From Thelocarpon superellum (Eukaryota): a DNA stretch of 64,000 bases. The notes under the pieces were generated by a model that did not search any database, had not been told where the DNA came from, and worked only from the letters and a program-made list of their open reading frames with translations. This document shows, piece after piece, positions 50,494 to 62,191 of this stretch. The translations under genes were made by a program, and so were the position numbers. The stretch covers positions 1 to 64,000 of the forward strand of contig JAPEUG010000037.1 of assembly GCA_026025795.1 (NCBI GenBank), in the 5' to 3' direction. Every line of letters starts with the position of its first letter. Position 1 is the first letter of the stretch.

Positions 50494-51203
50494 TGCAGAG
50501 TAGGTGGGGGACTTGTCCCTTAGCGGAGGTAGCAGGCATAGGCGTCTGCAGCTCTTTCTCGCCGTTCCACGTCGGAGATGGTGTCTTAATATTTAGTGAG
50601 AGCACGGAAAATCCCAAGGTGGAGCGAGTTGAGCACGCAATCACGGTCTGGCTCTGCTTTGCCCACCGCTACACTCTTCACGTTTCGAAGTCACACAGCT
50701 ACGCAAACACTTTCCACAAGATCCCAGAAACGCACCTCGAGCAGGAACCAGAGCTAGTCTACAATAGCAGATTGCCATCTCCCCTCTTCTTTCATGCCTT
50801 GCTTGATTCGCGCACGTCGCAAACAGGGTACTTATTTCCGTTTCTCGGATTTCCCTGGCCCGGTCCTAACGCCCTCCGACGTCCGGGCTATGGCCAACCA
50901 ATGGCGAGGCCAGCACGAGTCAGCCACACGAAGAGCTTCTTAGATCCCTGACTTGAAGGTTTAGATCAAATCCATTGATGCAGCATGTGTCCGGAATTGG
51001 TATCAACCACTCCATCGACGTGATTTGGTAGCTGGTCCCTGTGTGGAGCCCGAGTCCTGGGTCAGTGTAGTCGGCAGCAGCGCCCCGCCTACCCGCATGT
51101 GGCGCCACTGGGCGATCACCGTTGTGGCTTCCGACCTGGAAACTTTAACACTTCCCACAGGGTATGTTTACGACGGACTATAACGCCGAGTGCGACACAT
51201 CAG

Positions 51204-51252
51204 GAATTCGCGAATTCGCGTAGCGAATTCGCGATTCCCAATTCCCAATTCC
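51204..51252. repeat. Palindromic GAATTCGC repeat cluster followed by (ATTCCCA)n
   Basis: Perfect palindrome GAATTCGCGAATTC at 51204-51217 and a further GCGAATTCGC at 51223-51232. Confidence 0.75.
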
Positions 51253-52389
51253 ACGCAGCCAGCAACTGGGATCTGAGGTGGAGCTGCTGCATGTGCTGCT
51301 TCACCTCAGAGCTTCTCTCACTGCTGTGCCTATGGCAATCTTGCTCTTTGCTCTTAGAGGTTTGGATAGAGGCGGTGAGAGAGAAAGAAAGAGCGGTGTA
51401 GCATTGTAGAATACATATAAGTCTAGGAGCTCTATTCTGCCCAGGGCTACCTATGCAAGCTTGGCTGGGTCTTGTGTCGAAATAACGTGTCCCTGGGTTA
51501 CACGCATTGTATCCACGGTATCTGTAGATCTGAAAGGCAGCAGTACTGGGTGCGGTGTGATGGACGAGGGTCACAGACACGTAGATAGGGTTGCCAAGCT
51601 ACCAAATGAGCCACAGAACCTCCGATAGAGACATAGGGCTCGTACTTCAAGGACGGCAGCTCTCTCCTTCTCAGGGCCCCAGGGAATCATGCCCAGCGAC
51701 ATTGCTCCCTCCTCTCTGTTGATACAGCAGAGGCATTATGTTGCAATTGCCTGTCTCTTGGCCCGTGCCTGCAACAAAACCACGAAACGCCCCGCGCCCT
51801 TCCTACCCCAAGTATGGACAAGCACGACGGCAATAGCAACTCCTCCCAGCCCAACCACCGAATCCATGATGCCAATGGAGGCTCGTCCGCCAGGTCCACA
51901 ATCGAAAGGGACCTCTTCGCCATCGGCGCGTGGGTGACTGCTCCCCCGGAGCAACAGGCGACACAGGGTAAGTTATTCCACTCATAGCCCATCACGTATC
52001 TTGCCCCCCCCGGTCCTCGCGCTGACGGCCTTTCGCGCTGCCTTAAAGCAACCCTCCAACCCTTCACTCTCACCAGTCATGCAACGCTGGCTTGAGGAGC
52101 CCGATCATAGGGACCTTGGTGGAGCCACCTATGACCACCCTTCATCGTGGGAATAGACGGCGTTGGATAGGACCAGGGGACACTCCGGTTGGTCGAGTCA
52201 TTTTGGTGTACCCGGAGTCCGTGTGGTCGCTTCCTTGTGACGATACGTCGGGCAGCTCGCCGCCGACGTCATCGTTCATGGGAGCATTGGGACGTTGATA
52301 ACACAAATGCAATTCGGTTGTCGGTTGAGAGACGAGTCACCGTGTGCTTCATGCGAAGTGGTACATCCTGCCTATCTCGTAGGACTCCC

Positions 52390-54878
52390 TCAGATGGGAG
52401 GACAGGGGCTGCGGCAGACCGGGCATTGAAGGCGATACCGGAGCCAGCCCTCCAAGCAATGAGAATGGTAGAGGTGCTGACACGGCGTGACCATGTATTT
52501 GCGTCGCAGCATCGCCCCCGCCAGCCCCGTCGTCGTAGTGTCGTGTCCTTGATCGCCAGCCGCGACGACGGGCACTTCGATCTGTTCGGTACAGATGGCG
52601 CAGTCAAACAGCCGTGTGCCTCGCTCTTTGCGCGTGCCGCCGCGGATCCCTGCCGTCGCATCGGTCCCGGATGCATCAGACGACATCTGAGACGAGCCCA
52701 TCGACATCAGGAGACCCGACTCGGCGTCATCCGCTTTCAGCACGGGATGATAATCATAAGCCGGAGGCGCCCAGCCCCGCGGTGTGAAGCATCGCGGTCC
52801 GGCAAAGGCTTGGCACCCCAGCAGCCAGACCTGCAGCCAGACCCAGCCAACCAGCACCAGCGCAGACACACCGTCCGGCTTGACGAACAAGACGTGGTCG
52901 GGGAAGGTGTACAGGTAGAGAAAGGGTAGTAGACGCAGCACGCTCTGGCCCACGACGAAGTCCCAGGTGAAGGCCTTGCGCGTGTTGCGCATGATGTTTC
53001 GATGGATCTGTGGGATCCAAAAAGAAAAGTAGACCAGCGACAGCGCCTGCACATAAGCCGACCGAAGTCCACGCGGCCACGAGGTCGCATTCAGCGACGT
53101 GAAGGTGATGACGAGCAGCACGATGATGAAGCGAGAGTAGAGCGCGCCAAGCTCGCGTCGGTTGTTCCCCGCCGGACCCATTCCCGCCGCATCCTCCGCC
53201 TCGGCGGCCGCGAGGTCCTGATCCGGCGGCAGGATGACCGGGGATGCCGTGACAGGTGCCGGGAGCTCGCCGGGGGTCGTCAGAGCTGCGGCAGAGCTGC
53301 CGGCATCCGTGCGCATCTCCCGCGCGATTCGCTCGGGCGCCTGCACGGTCCAGATGTCCATCATGAAGCGCATGCCGAAGAAGTTGACGCAGATGAAGGC
53401 GAGAAAGGCCGTGGTGGTCAGCGCGAGAGAGGCAGCATCCACAAAGATGCTCAAGGTCAACAGTGACACAAAAGCCACGCCATCGCCCATGGCCATCATG
53501 CCGATCGTCGGCAGACTGATACGGCTGACCGTCGACGGGGTCGACGCCTGTGCCATCTGTCGCACCAGCAGCACGACTTGACCGCCGCACACGAGGCCAA
53601 ATGCGAGCGCTAAGCCTTTGACCGCGCACAGGTACGGTTCCACTTTCTCGCCCAGGAGATGAAGACCCTCTGCCGGAGGGAAATCGGGTGGGCCCTGCGA
53701 CTCGAGGATGAAGCCACAATCCGGAGAGAAGACGGTCATGCTCATTGTCATCGACGGCGCGGTCGGCCGAGGCGCACCAGTAGGAAAACGCAGTTCGTCC
53801 TCGATAAGACGTAGCAGCGAGGAAACAGTCCTCGGCTCGGTGCCAGGAAGAGCAACGGCGTGTTGCTGCAGGTAAACAACATATTCGCAGTGCGGCTGGG
53901 ACAATGCATTGGAAAAAGAAGCGGGAGACGACGACCACGGTCCAACCAAAGTCTGTCGTGCCGCCGACTCTTGTTTTGACATCGTCGTCGTCAGGGAGTT
54001 ATTGAGCAGACGCTGAGAGAGGGCGAAGGTGTATGGTGAGAGGAGGAAGTGAGGCAACACAAACAAACCCGCAAATCTAGGAGACGTCAGCTCTTGAGTT
54101 TCGTGACTTTCATCGGGGTGCCAGGCACGGACTTGTCACTGGTGGTGGTCAAGACCGCTTGGCCCAGGTGGGGAAAGTGGATCCCATGCAAGTCAACGTC
54201 CCAGCCATCGGTGGGCGACGTTCCATCTCGAATGGTCATGACGCCACGAATCTGCCACGTCGCTCCATCAGGTCCCTCAAATACCTCGTCGCTCGATTTA
54301 TCCTTCAGCTTGACTTGGACGTCGCCACTGGTGCCCGTGATGTTCCCAAGGAAATCGAGCGAGGTGGAGGCATGCTCGGCCCCAAGGCTGGTGAGGTTGA
54401 CCTGACGAGGATCGTGGCCTCGCGAAGCCGCCGATCGGACCCAGGTGCCCCGAAGAAGTCCCGTCACGTTGCGATACACTGGGAGTTCCTCTAGTGCCTC
54501 CATTTCGTCCCGATCTCCCACGGACGTCGTGGCCTCCGTCCGGTTGGCCTCACCGTCGGCCGATGTACCATTCAACCGCCGCAGGCCGGCGGTTCCGAAC
54601 AGGTGGCGAAGCTGGCGCATGGCAATATCCTGGACTGAGCAGAGTGCATCCCATGCAAAACCGTCGTCTGGGCGGAGACCGGAGGCATTAAGCCACCGCC
54701 CGTGCTCAGTGTCAAGGTCGCCATATCGTGATGTGGCCAGAACCCCGAGGCCTTGCCGCTCGTACCTGAGGACCTCCGTAGGATCGCGTCGTTGCTCGGC
54801 CTCAGGCTGCTGCAGGTCGGGCGAAAGGACGAGAACGAGGAGCAGTAGGACCACGAACACGACCCGCACTGAATCCAT
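52390..54878 (-). CDS. TUL1: Transmembrane RING-H2 E3 ligase Tul1/Dsc1
   Basis: Signal peptide; luminal domain (YRNVTGLLRGTW, LTTTSDK|FAGLFVLPH across intron 54132..54077; FSPDCGFILES); multiple TMs with SFWIPQIHRN; C-terminal CAIC...TPCQHLYHSHCLEGW...CPVCR. Confidence 0.92.
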
Positions 54879-55395
54879 GGGTCACGCGTCCCCGCGGATG
54901 ATCATGGCCGGTCACCCCGCCCCACACTGCCGGTAGAGACAGCAGCTCAGAAGCCAACAGAAGAGTGGAAAACACAGTCAATACCATGTTGAGTCGTTGT
55001 GAAGCAGCTCTCAGGCAACAACGCTCCAAGGTCTGCCCGACGTGGGGCAAATCAAGTCAAACACGCTACATTCCCTCGATCGATGGATGACTGATTGCTT
55101 ACGTAACAACTCTAACCAACATCCGAGCCCCTTTTCTCATCCTGCGCGATGGAACCATGATCATATGAGAGCTGGCGTATCTTACTATTTACCCGTGTGA
55201 AGTAGACCAACGTCTCGTCCACTTATGTGCATGCCAATTCTACGTGAAGAGAGGATCCTAAAGGTTATGCCGAGTGCGATACAAGATCCATGTCGCGGTC
55301 AAGACGCTACCCAATATACGCCACGCTGATGCTTTGCTGATAGCAGGATTGGGTCTCTGGTAGCCATGTCGTGGCCTTCCGTGAGAACGCCGTCG

Positions 55396-57976
55396 TCATC
55401 GATGCGTGCGCTGTCGAGTCCGCGTGCCGATGCCACCCACGTCTCGCGCAACGCCAATGCTCCGTGCCCGGCTCACCCCGATCTCAACCTTCCCACCCAT
55501 TTTGCGAATCACCCGCTCTCGCTGCTCCTGGACATCGGGGTCGTCATAGATAACTTTCTGACTAGGCTCGGGGCCGGACTGTTCCAGGAGCGTGGGGATC
55601 GTGACAGCGGCAGAAGAAGACTCGACGGAGCTGGCACGCGAGAACGAGGCTGATCGGGCCGAGCCATTGGATGGCGCACGGCCGAGCAGTCGAGAAGGCG
55701 GATTCCGCCGGCTGGATCCTCGCCCTGCCAGCGGCTTCTGCGACGTCCCGTGGCTGGATCGCTTGCGAGCAAGCAGTGCGGCGATCGTGGTGCTGATGTC
55801 CTCTGCCGGTGGCGAGGGGGAAGGCGAACGAGATGTCGGACCTGAGCCAGGCACCTCATCCGCTTTCGAATCCACTGCGGTAGCTGCCTGCATGGCGCGC
55901 GATTGCGGTGCCGCGCGACCATGACGCTCATCAGGCACCGCTTCCGCACTTCGAGCGCGCGACGTCCGCTCGCCGAGCCGGAACGGCTCGCGGTCCGGTT
56001 CCAGGCACACGTCGGGCTCGGCCATGTTCGGGACATCACGTCCGATATGTTGCGCCTGGAGGTCACTGGCAGGTCTGTGGGTCAATACGTCTCGATTTCG
56101 AGCGTCGGGCAAGATGTAGGGATCAAAGGGCTGTATCACGCCGTCCCCGACGCTGTCCCACAGCCACGCTGCAGATACCACAGGCACGTGCCAGTCCAGC
56201 GCATGCTGCAACTTCTCCGAGTGAGGCGTAGCCGTGTTGCTAATTAGCACGGATGCTTGCGGCGACAGGTACTCGTCGTACGTCGCACCTAGTATGTTTC
56301 AGCGCGTGCTCATCACAGGCTGAGGCGAAATGGGAGTGCGGGACACGCACCCATAAGTCGGACCACCTTGGACAGGTGCAGTAGATCTACCCCGCTGAAC
56401 GCGGTCGAGCAAATGGTCATCGTGTTGAAGCCTGGTGGTCGCGTCAATACCTACCGACTGTGGTGATAGCGTCGTGAGGGGTCAGCCAACCATTTAGGGG
56501 AAAGACGTGAAAGGGCCGACTGGTGACATCCGCCAAGGGATCAACCCATTTCCGGTGATGCAGACATCGCTCGATCCACCATTCTGTCACTGTGACAGTA
56601 GGCCTCTCTGAGGCGGATAGCTCGTCATTGGGGACAGATGGTGTGTCGTGGGGAACGACAAGGTAGGAGCTGGATCGCGACGTCTCTACGATAGGCGATA
56701 CATCCGAGGTAAGACACGGTAGAAGTTTGGCACCATGAGACCGGAGATGCTCTTCAAGAATGCTGGTCTGGATCATGGTTAGCTTGGTGGCGCATGATCA
56801 CACTGCCTCCAACTGGCCTACCTTCTTGCCGTCGAAGCCACGCAGAAAGAAGCAGCAGCCATGAAAGATACCGTGATGGTTCGGCAGAGTCGTCGGAAGT
56901 GTTGTATGCTTCTCCTCTCCACCCCCCTCGTTACCTTGGGCGCGCGAACGAGAACGAAGAGCGCCCTCGCCATCATCCCACTGCGCACTGGTCTCCTCAG
57001 CATCGGCAAAGCCACCCCCAACAATGTCATTCCATATGCCAGAATTCTGACTTTGGAGCTTAGTCGACGCCGTACGGCGCAGCTTTCTCCGTCTCAGCCC
57101 ATCTCCATTCCCAGGCTCCTCCCGAAGCACCGTGTCCCGCGCATGTTTGCCCAGCGATGTGATCGAGGTGGACGGGCGTACCCACGAGTGCTTGCCACGC
57201 TCCTCGACAGGCAAGAGCGGATCGTACAGGGCTTCGTCCAAGATCATGCCACGCTCGGTGCTATCATTCAGCCATTCCAATGACACGATTCGCAAGCCCC
57301 AGAGACGAGCGTATTTGAACTTGTCACCTTCCGTCTTATTGGCTAAGAGGTGGGTCACGCTCTTGGTCAGGTCGCCGTGGTATTCCGCGCCATGGCCGGC
57401 GATGATGGTCTGTAGGTGCTGGCGCTCATGGGCTGGGCACGCACATGAGCGAGAGGCCGGCAGAGAGGTGCAGTGAATCGGACGTACCATCGTCAAAGCC
57501 GGTCAAACAAATTCGGAGTCCAGCTAGCGCGGGGCGCCGATAGTCTTCCTCCAGCTCACGCACGTCAATGAGCTCACCCGCCATCCAGAGCTGGCGGATG
57601 GCTTCGACCCATTCGATGCGCAGCACCTTCACATCGGGTCGCTCCTTGGCCACGTATTTGTATTTGGGAGTATCGGAATCGCCGACGATCAGGTGGGTGA
57701 CGTCGGAGGTGAGGTCCAACTTATGAATGGCTCCCATCTGCTCCACACGAGACGCCAATTCCGACTAGCATGCAGAGCATCAGCGTCGCCAAGAACGATG
57801 GCCATGGCGGCGTCTGTGGCAAGGAATCACTTACCCGCTGCTCGGGGGGGACGGACGTACAGCACAAGATAACCCCGCGTAGGGGCTCCGAGGAGCCAGC
57901 TACATGACTGCATTAGCGTTGTGATCGATCGATCATGCGCGGTGCACTACGTACCATGCTCCTCCTCCTCAGCCAT
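55396..57976 (-). CDS. DPB11: Multi-BRCT checkpoint/replication scaffold Dpb11/Rad4(Cut5)/TopBP1
   Basis: Four BRCT repeats (PLRGVILCCTS...MGAIHKLDLTSDVTHLIVG; LRICLTGF...GAEYHGDLTKSVTHL; VTEWWIERCL; VVSAAWLWDS). Introns 57954..57900, 57834..57765, 57487..57433, 56821..56768, 56490..56432, 56350..56289. Confidence 0.88.
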
Positions 57977-58039
57977 GTTCCAAGCAAGTGTGCGGTGGAG
58001 CAATGGCCCAGCTTCTCGATCATCAACGACTCACATCTC

Positions 58040-58094
58040 GGCGCGTGTCCGGCTGGAAACGCGAGGCGCGGGGCCCCAAGACTCTATCACGTGA
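58040..58094. promoter_or_regulatory. Cluster of MCB/SCB-like CGCG cores plus a TCACGTGA E-box upstream of DPB11
   Basis: GGCGCGT (58040), AACGCGA (58058), GGCGCGG (58065) and TCACGTGA (58087), 64-118 nt upstream of the ATG. None is a perfect ACGCGT. Confidence 0.45.
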
Positions 58095-58948
58095 CTGCTT
58101 GGCACCATTCGCTTGCTAGGATCCTTAGTCATATCTCGAAGAGCCCTTGACCAAGATCGTGCTGAGGGCCAGCGAGTTGAGGTGTAGGCATTACTCGTGC
58201 ATAGCTTTCATTGCGTCACACCACACATAGCTCGGCTGCCACAAATCCGGAAGTAATGCTCCTATTGAGCTCTTTTCGCTCAAAGGGGCCATCTCCTCGG
58301 TGTCATCAGTCGTTCGCAAAGATACACCCCCACAACACCCGTTCTGGTCCATATGCTTGACAATCCTGTCAACCGTCAGAACGTGGTGCACGTGCATGCA
58401 GGATCGTGAGTCAAAGACCTTCAAGAGCACCTTAAGCGAAGAGGTTCCAGGTAAGACCGCCTTGTCCGGTTGCGTTGTGGCGGGGTCGGAGATAGCTCCA
58501 AGATTAGCGGGGTACGAGTCTATTGTCTGGAACCGCGAAGATCAGCCCGACACACCATCCGCTCACGGAGACATGTCCGCAGGACTGTCAAGTGCCAAGG
58601 ACATGGCTTTTAGACATCCGACAAACACATGTTCGGGGTTTCTTTATTTTGGAGAACTCGTTAGGTGGGCCTAGGCATGATGCCCATGATAGACTGGGGC
58701 GTGGCACGTAATAGCGAAGTGTTCTACGCGGTAGCGTGGAGGGCAGGCTCGGCATTGGTCTTGTTCGTACTCACAGTCCGTGCGACTGCTGCCAAAACCG
58801 GAGTTGGGCGACTGCAGAAGTATTGGCCATTCGTACTCGCGGCTCAGCGTAAGCAGGGCCAAAGTACCGGAAGCGACCCTGGGATCGCCTGAATTGCAGG
58901 AGCCCTGCACCAGCTCCGCTGCGGCGTTTCGTCATCCAAGTCACCTAG

Positions 58949-59016
58949 CCTGCACCCAACCTGCACCCAACCTACACCCAACCTGCACCCAACCTACACC
59001 CAACCTGCACCCAACC
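58949..59016. repeat. 11-bp minisatellite CCT(G/A)CACCCAA x6
   Basis: Seen directly; G-rich on the minus strand (TTGGGTG(C/T)AGG). Confidence 0.92.
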
Positions 59017-59679
59017 AGACAGCACAACACCATCGCTGCCTTCATCTCGGCCACCTCTCGCCCGGTGGCCAGCGTGAGTCCGACCGCTGGATTGACCGAC
59101 CCTCAACCTGTTGTCGATTCTCGTCCTGCGTGTCCGGACAAGTTTTCAAGGTATCGATGCCTCGTTACGAGGGAGTCGCATGACATCGAATCTCGCTTCT
59201 CCATTATCGTCCAGGCGACTGCGATTCCCCGCGCATCCCATAACGATCCTGCGAGTCCGAGGCTCTGGCAAAGGGCAGGCCTTGGCATTATCAGAGAAGA
59301 TTCGCCGCCTAGTCTTGATCCCGCGCGAATCCGCTGCGTCGTCGGCCACGGAGATACGAGCGCCGAGCGATGCCATAACTACATCCGGTGAGGAGATTGT
59401 TTTCCGTCGTGCACGCCCATGCCCAAGTCCCTCCATCAGCCTTCGCTTGCTTCCGTGGGTGCTCGGCGTGCCCTGCGTGTGCCCCTCGCGGCGGCATCGC
59501 CTGGTCATGACGCACTGTTGCCATTCCACTTTCGCTTTTTATGAATTGGACCCACTGCAAGGAAGATCCCTTGGTCATTGCCACGTCTACCTGCACAGCC
59601 GCCCCTCGCGGCAACGTCTTTCGTGTCTCTCTCCATGTCGCCTCTCGTGAGTGATCATCGTCGCTGACAGAAGCCCATC

Positions 59680-62191
59680 ATGGCGGCCGCCGCGATTCAG
59701 ATCTACTCGCGCAGCGGAGCCTTGTTCTACACCCCCCCGGATCCCTACGATAGCGCAGGCGACGACGACTTCGTGACCCCGACGCTGTACAGTGGACGCG
59801 GGCGACGTCCTCATAGCATCCACGTCCGAAGCTTGCCCCCTGTGGATCCACGCTCCCTTCAACCGCCCCCGCCGCCATTGAAGCGGGAGCAGTCCTTTAC
59901 CAAACGCCTCGCTCGCTCCAGAAACAGTGCCAAACGATTGATCCGCTCTGTAATCTCTTCCGCCAACCTCAAGGCCGCGGCCACGGCCACACCTGCTGTG
60001 GACACACTACCCCTTCCCGGAGCCATCACGCCCCCGCTCATCCCCTCCCCCCAACCTCGGGCGCCCCGCACGCCTCCCACACCCGAGATGTCGACCGACG
60101 GAACTCGGGCGCGTGGGTCCTCGCTGGGAGCACCTCCCAATGGATCCAATACGCGTCCCACGCTGGGAGAGCATGTGCGATCGACGTCGGGCTTCTCCAC
60201 GTCAAGTACGAACAGCGGTCGTTCGGTCTCGCCCATGCCTGCGATGGAGGAGAAGCCGGTGGCGTCTGGCAATGGCATCGCCGTCTATGTCACGCTGGCC
60301 GAACCGGTGCTCTTTCTGCAAGGCTTCGAGCCGTCAGATGTGCATACGCGCACGACGTCGATGCTGCGCGGAAGTTTGGTGGTCAAGCTCGCCAAGAGCA
60401 CCAAGATCAAGGCCATCACCTTGACCTTCCGCGGGAAGGCAAGGACGGAGTGGCCCGAGGGCATCCCTCCGCGGAAGGTTGATTTCTTTGAAGAAGAGAC
60501 GATCAACCGCCACACTTGGCCCTTCTTCAACGCTCAGTTCCCCACGGCCGAGCAAGGTCATTGTGCCGACTACTGCCGCGTCGCCAAACCGCACGGCGGC
60601 TCGGGACCGACCTTGCAGGTACCCAGCTCTGGGCGACTGGCCTTTGATCACTTCGCCAGCCCGGCTCTCGTCGAACCGGACTGCTCCATGTCCAAGGAAC
60701 AGAAGCGCCTCTCACTCCAGCTCCACTACTCCAAGAGCATCGGTCGAGGCGAGACGCCTTCGGTGGCGCAGCGCGGCTATCGAACCTTCGCTGCCGGCGA
60801 CTACGTCTACAACTTTGAGCTCCCGATTGACAGCCGGTTACCGGAATCGATGAATGTCGAGCTGGGCAATGTCAAGTATGAGCTAGAGGCCATGATCGAA
60901 CGAGCCGGTGCGTTCCGGGCCAACCTGGTGGGCAAGAAGGAGGTCACTCTCATCCGCACCCCGTCCGAGACCTCGCTCGAGACGGTCGAGCCCATCGCCA
61001 TCAGTCGGAATTGGGAGGACCAGCTACACTACGACATCGTCATCTCGGGCAAATCTTTTCCCCTCGGCGCGCAAGTTCCCATCGCCTTCAAGCTGACCCC
61101 CCTCGCCAAGGTGCAGTGCCATCGGATCAAGGTATTTGTGACGGAAAATGTCGAATACCACTGCGCCAACCGCACCGTGCGTCGACTTGAGCCCACCAAG
61201 AAGATCCAGCTGTTCGAAAAACGGGCCGATGGGCCCTCCTCCAGCGCCTATCCCGGATCCACCGTGCGTATCCTGTCCGGCGGCGGCATCGACTACGATT
61301 CTCGGGCTGCGGCGGCGCAAGGCGATGAGCTCGTGCCGCGCGACATGACCAATCTCTTGGGAAATCTCAATGGGGAGCAGAACATTGGGCCGACGGAGAT
61401 GGAATTCAGCGTGCAGCTGCCCAACTGTGCGACGATGAAGGAAAAGGATCGCTTGCACCGGCTTCATTCGGACACCACCTACTCCAACATCCAGGTGCAT
61501 CATTGGATCAAGGTCAGTCCCTCGTCGCCTGTTTCCCGCGCTCCTCTCTCCGCGCACGTGGCTAACGGGCTCAATCCAGATCGTGATGCGCCTTTCCAGA
61601 CCGGATACCAATGATCCCTCTAAACGTCGGCATTTTGAGATCTCCATCGATTCTCCCTTCCACATTCTCTCCTGCTTGGCGACGCAGGCGAACATTGCCT
61701 TACCGGCCTACTCCAATTCAGACGGGCAGGTGGCGGGAGACATTGGCTCGAATGAGTGCGGGTGTCCCGGGGCCGCCCGTCGGCCCGAGCCCATCACCTC
61801 CTACCTTCACCCCTTAGAGCATCCATTGGCATCGTCCATGTCGTCGGAGGAACCGGCGCCGCCGCCCATGGCCCACCTGGACGCGAGCCACAACGGGGCG
61901 GTGCAGCGACCGATCCACCTGCTCCGCGGCCCCTCCTTCAATCCGCCAGCCTTTGACGCCGAAGACCCACCGCCGCCCATGATCACGCCTCCGCCGGACT
62001 ACGACACCGTTGTGGGCGCGGGCGAGGGCCTGGCAGACTATTTTGCGCGCTTAGCCGACGAGGTCGGTGAGGACAGCGACGAGGATCAGCGGGGACGGGG
62101 TCGAATCGACGTGCCGCTGACGCCCGGGGGACGTTTGAACCGTAGCATGGACGAACGCCGGACATGGGCGCCGCTGGGACACGCGGCTTAG
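59680..62191 (+). CDS. Alpha-arrestin (Aly1/Aly2, ApyA-like HECT ligase adaptor)
   Basis: LAEPVLFLQGF, FRGKARTEWPEGIPP, GDYVYNFELPID, WEDQLHYDIVI, HHWIK|IVMRLS (intron 61513..61579), HFEISIDSPF; PY motifs LPAY and PPPDY. Start may instead be 60088. Confidence 0.9.

Noticed and set aside
58949..59016. Tandem repeats considered as a CRISPR-like array or interstitial telomere
   Set aside because: No unique spacers, eukaryotic context, and the unit is not TTAGGG.
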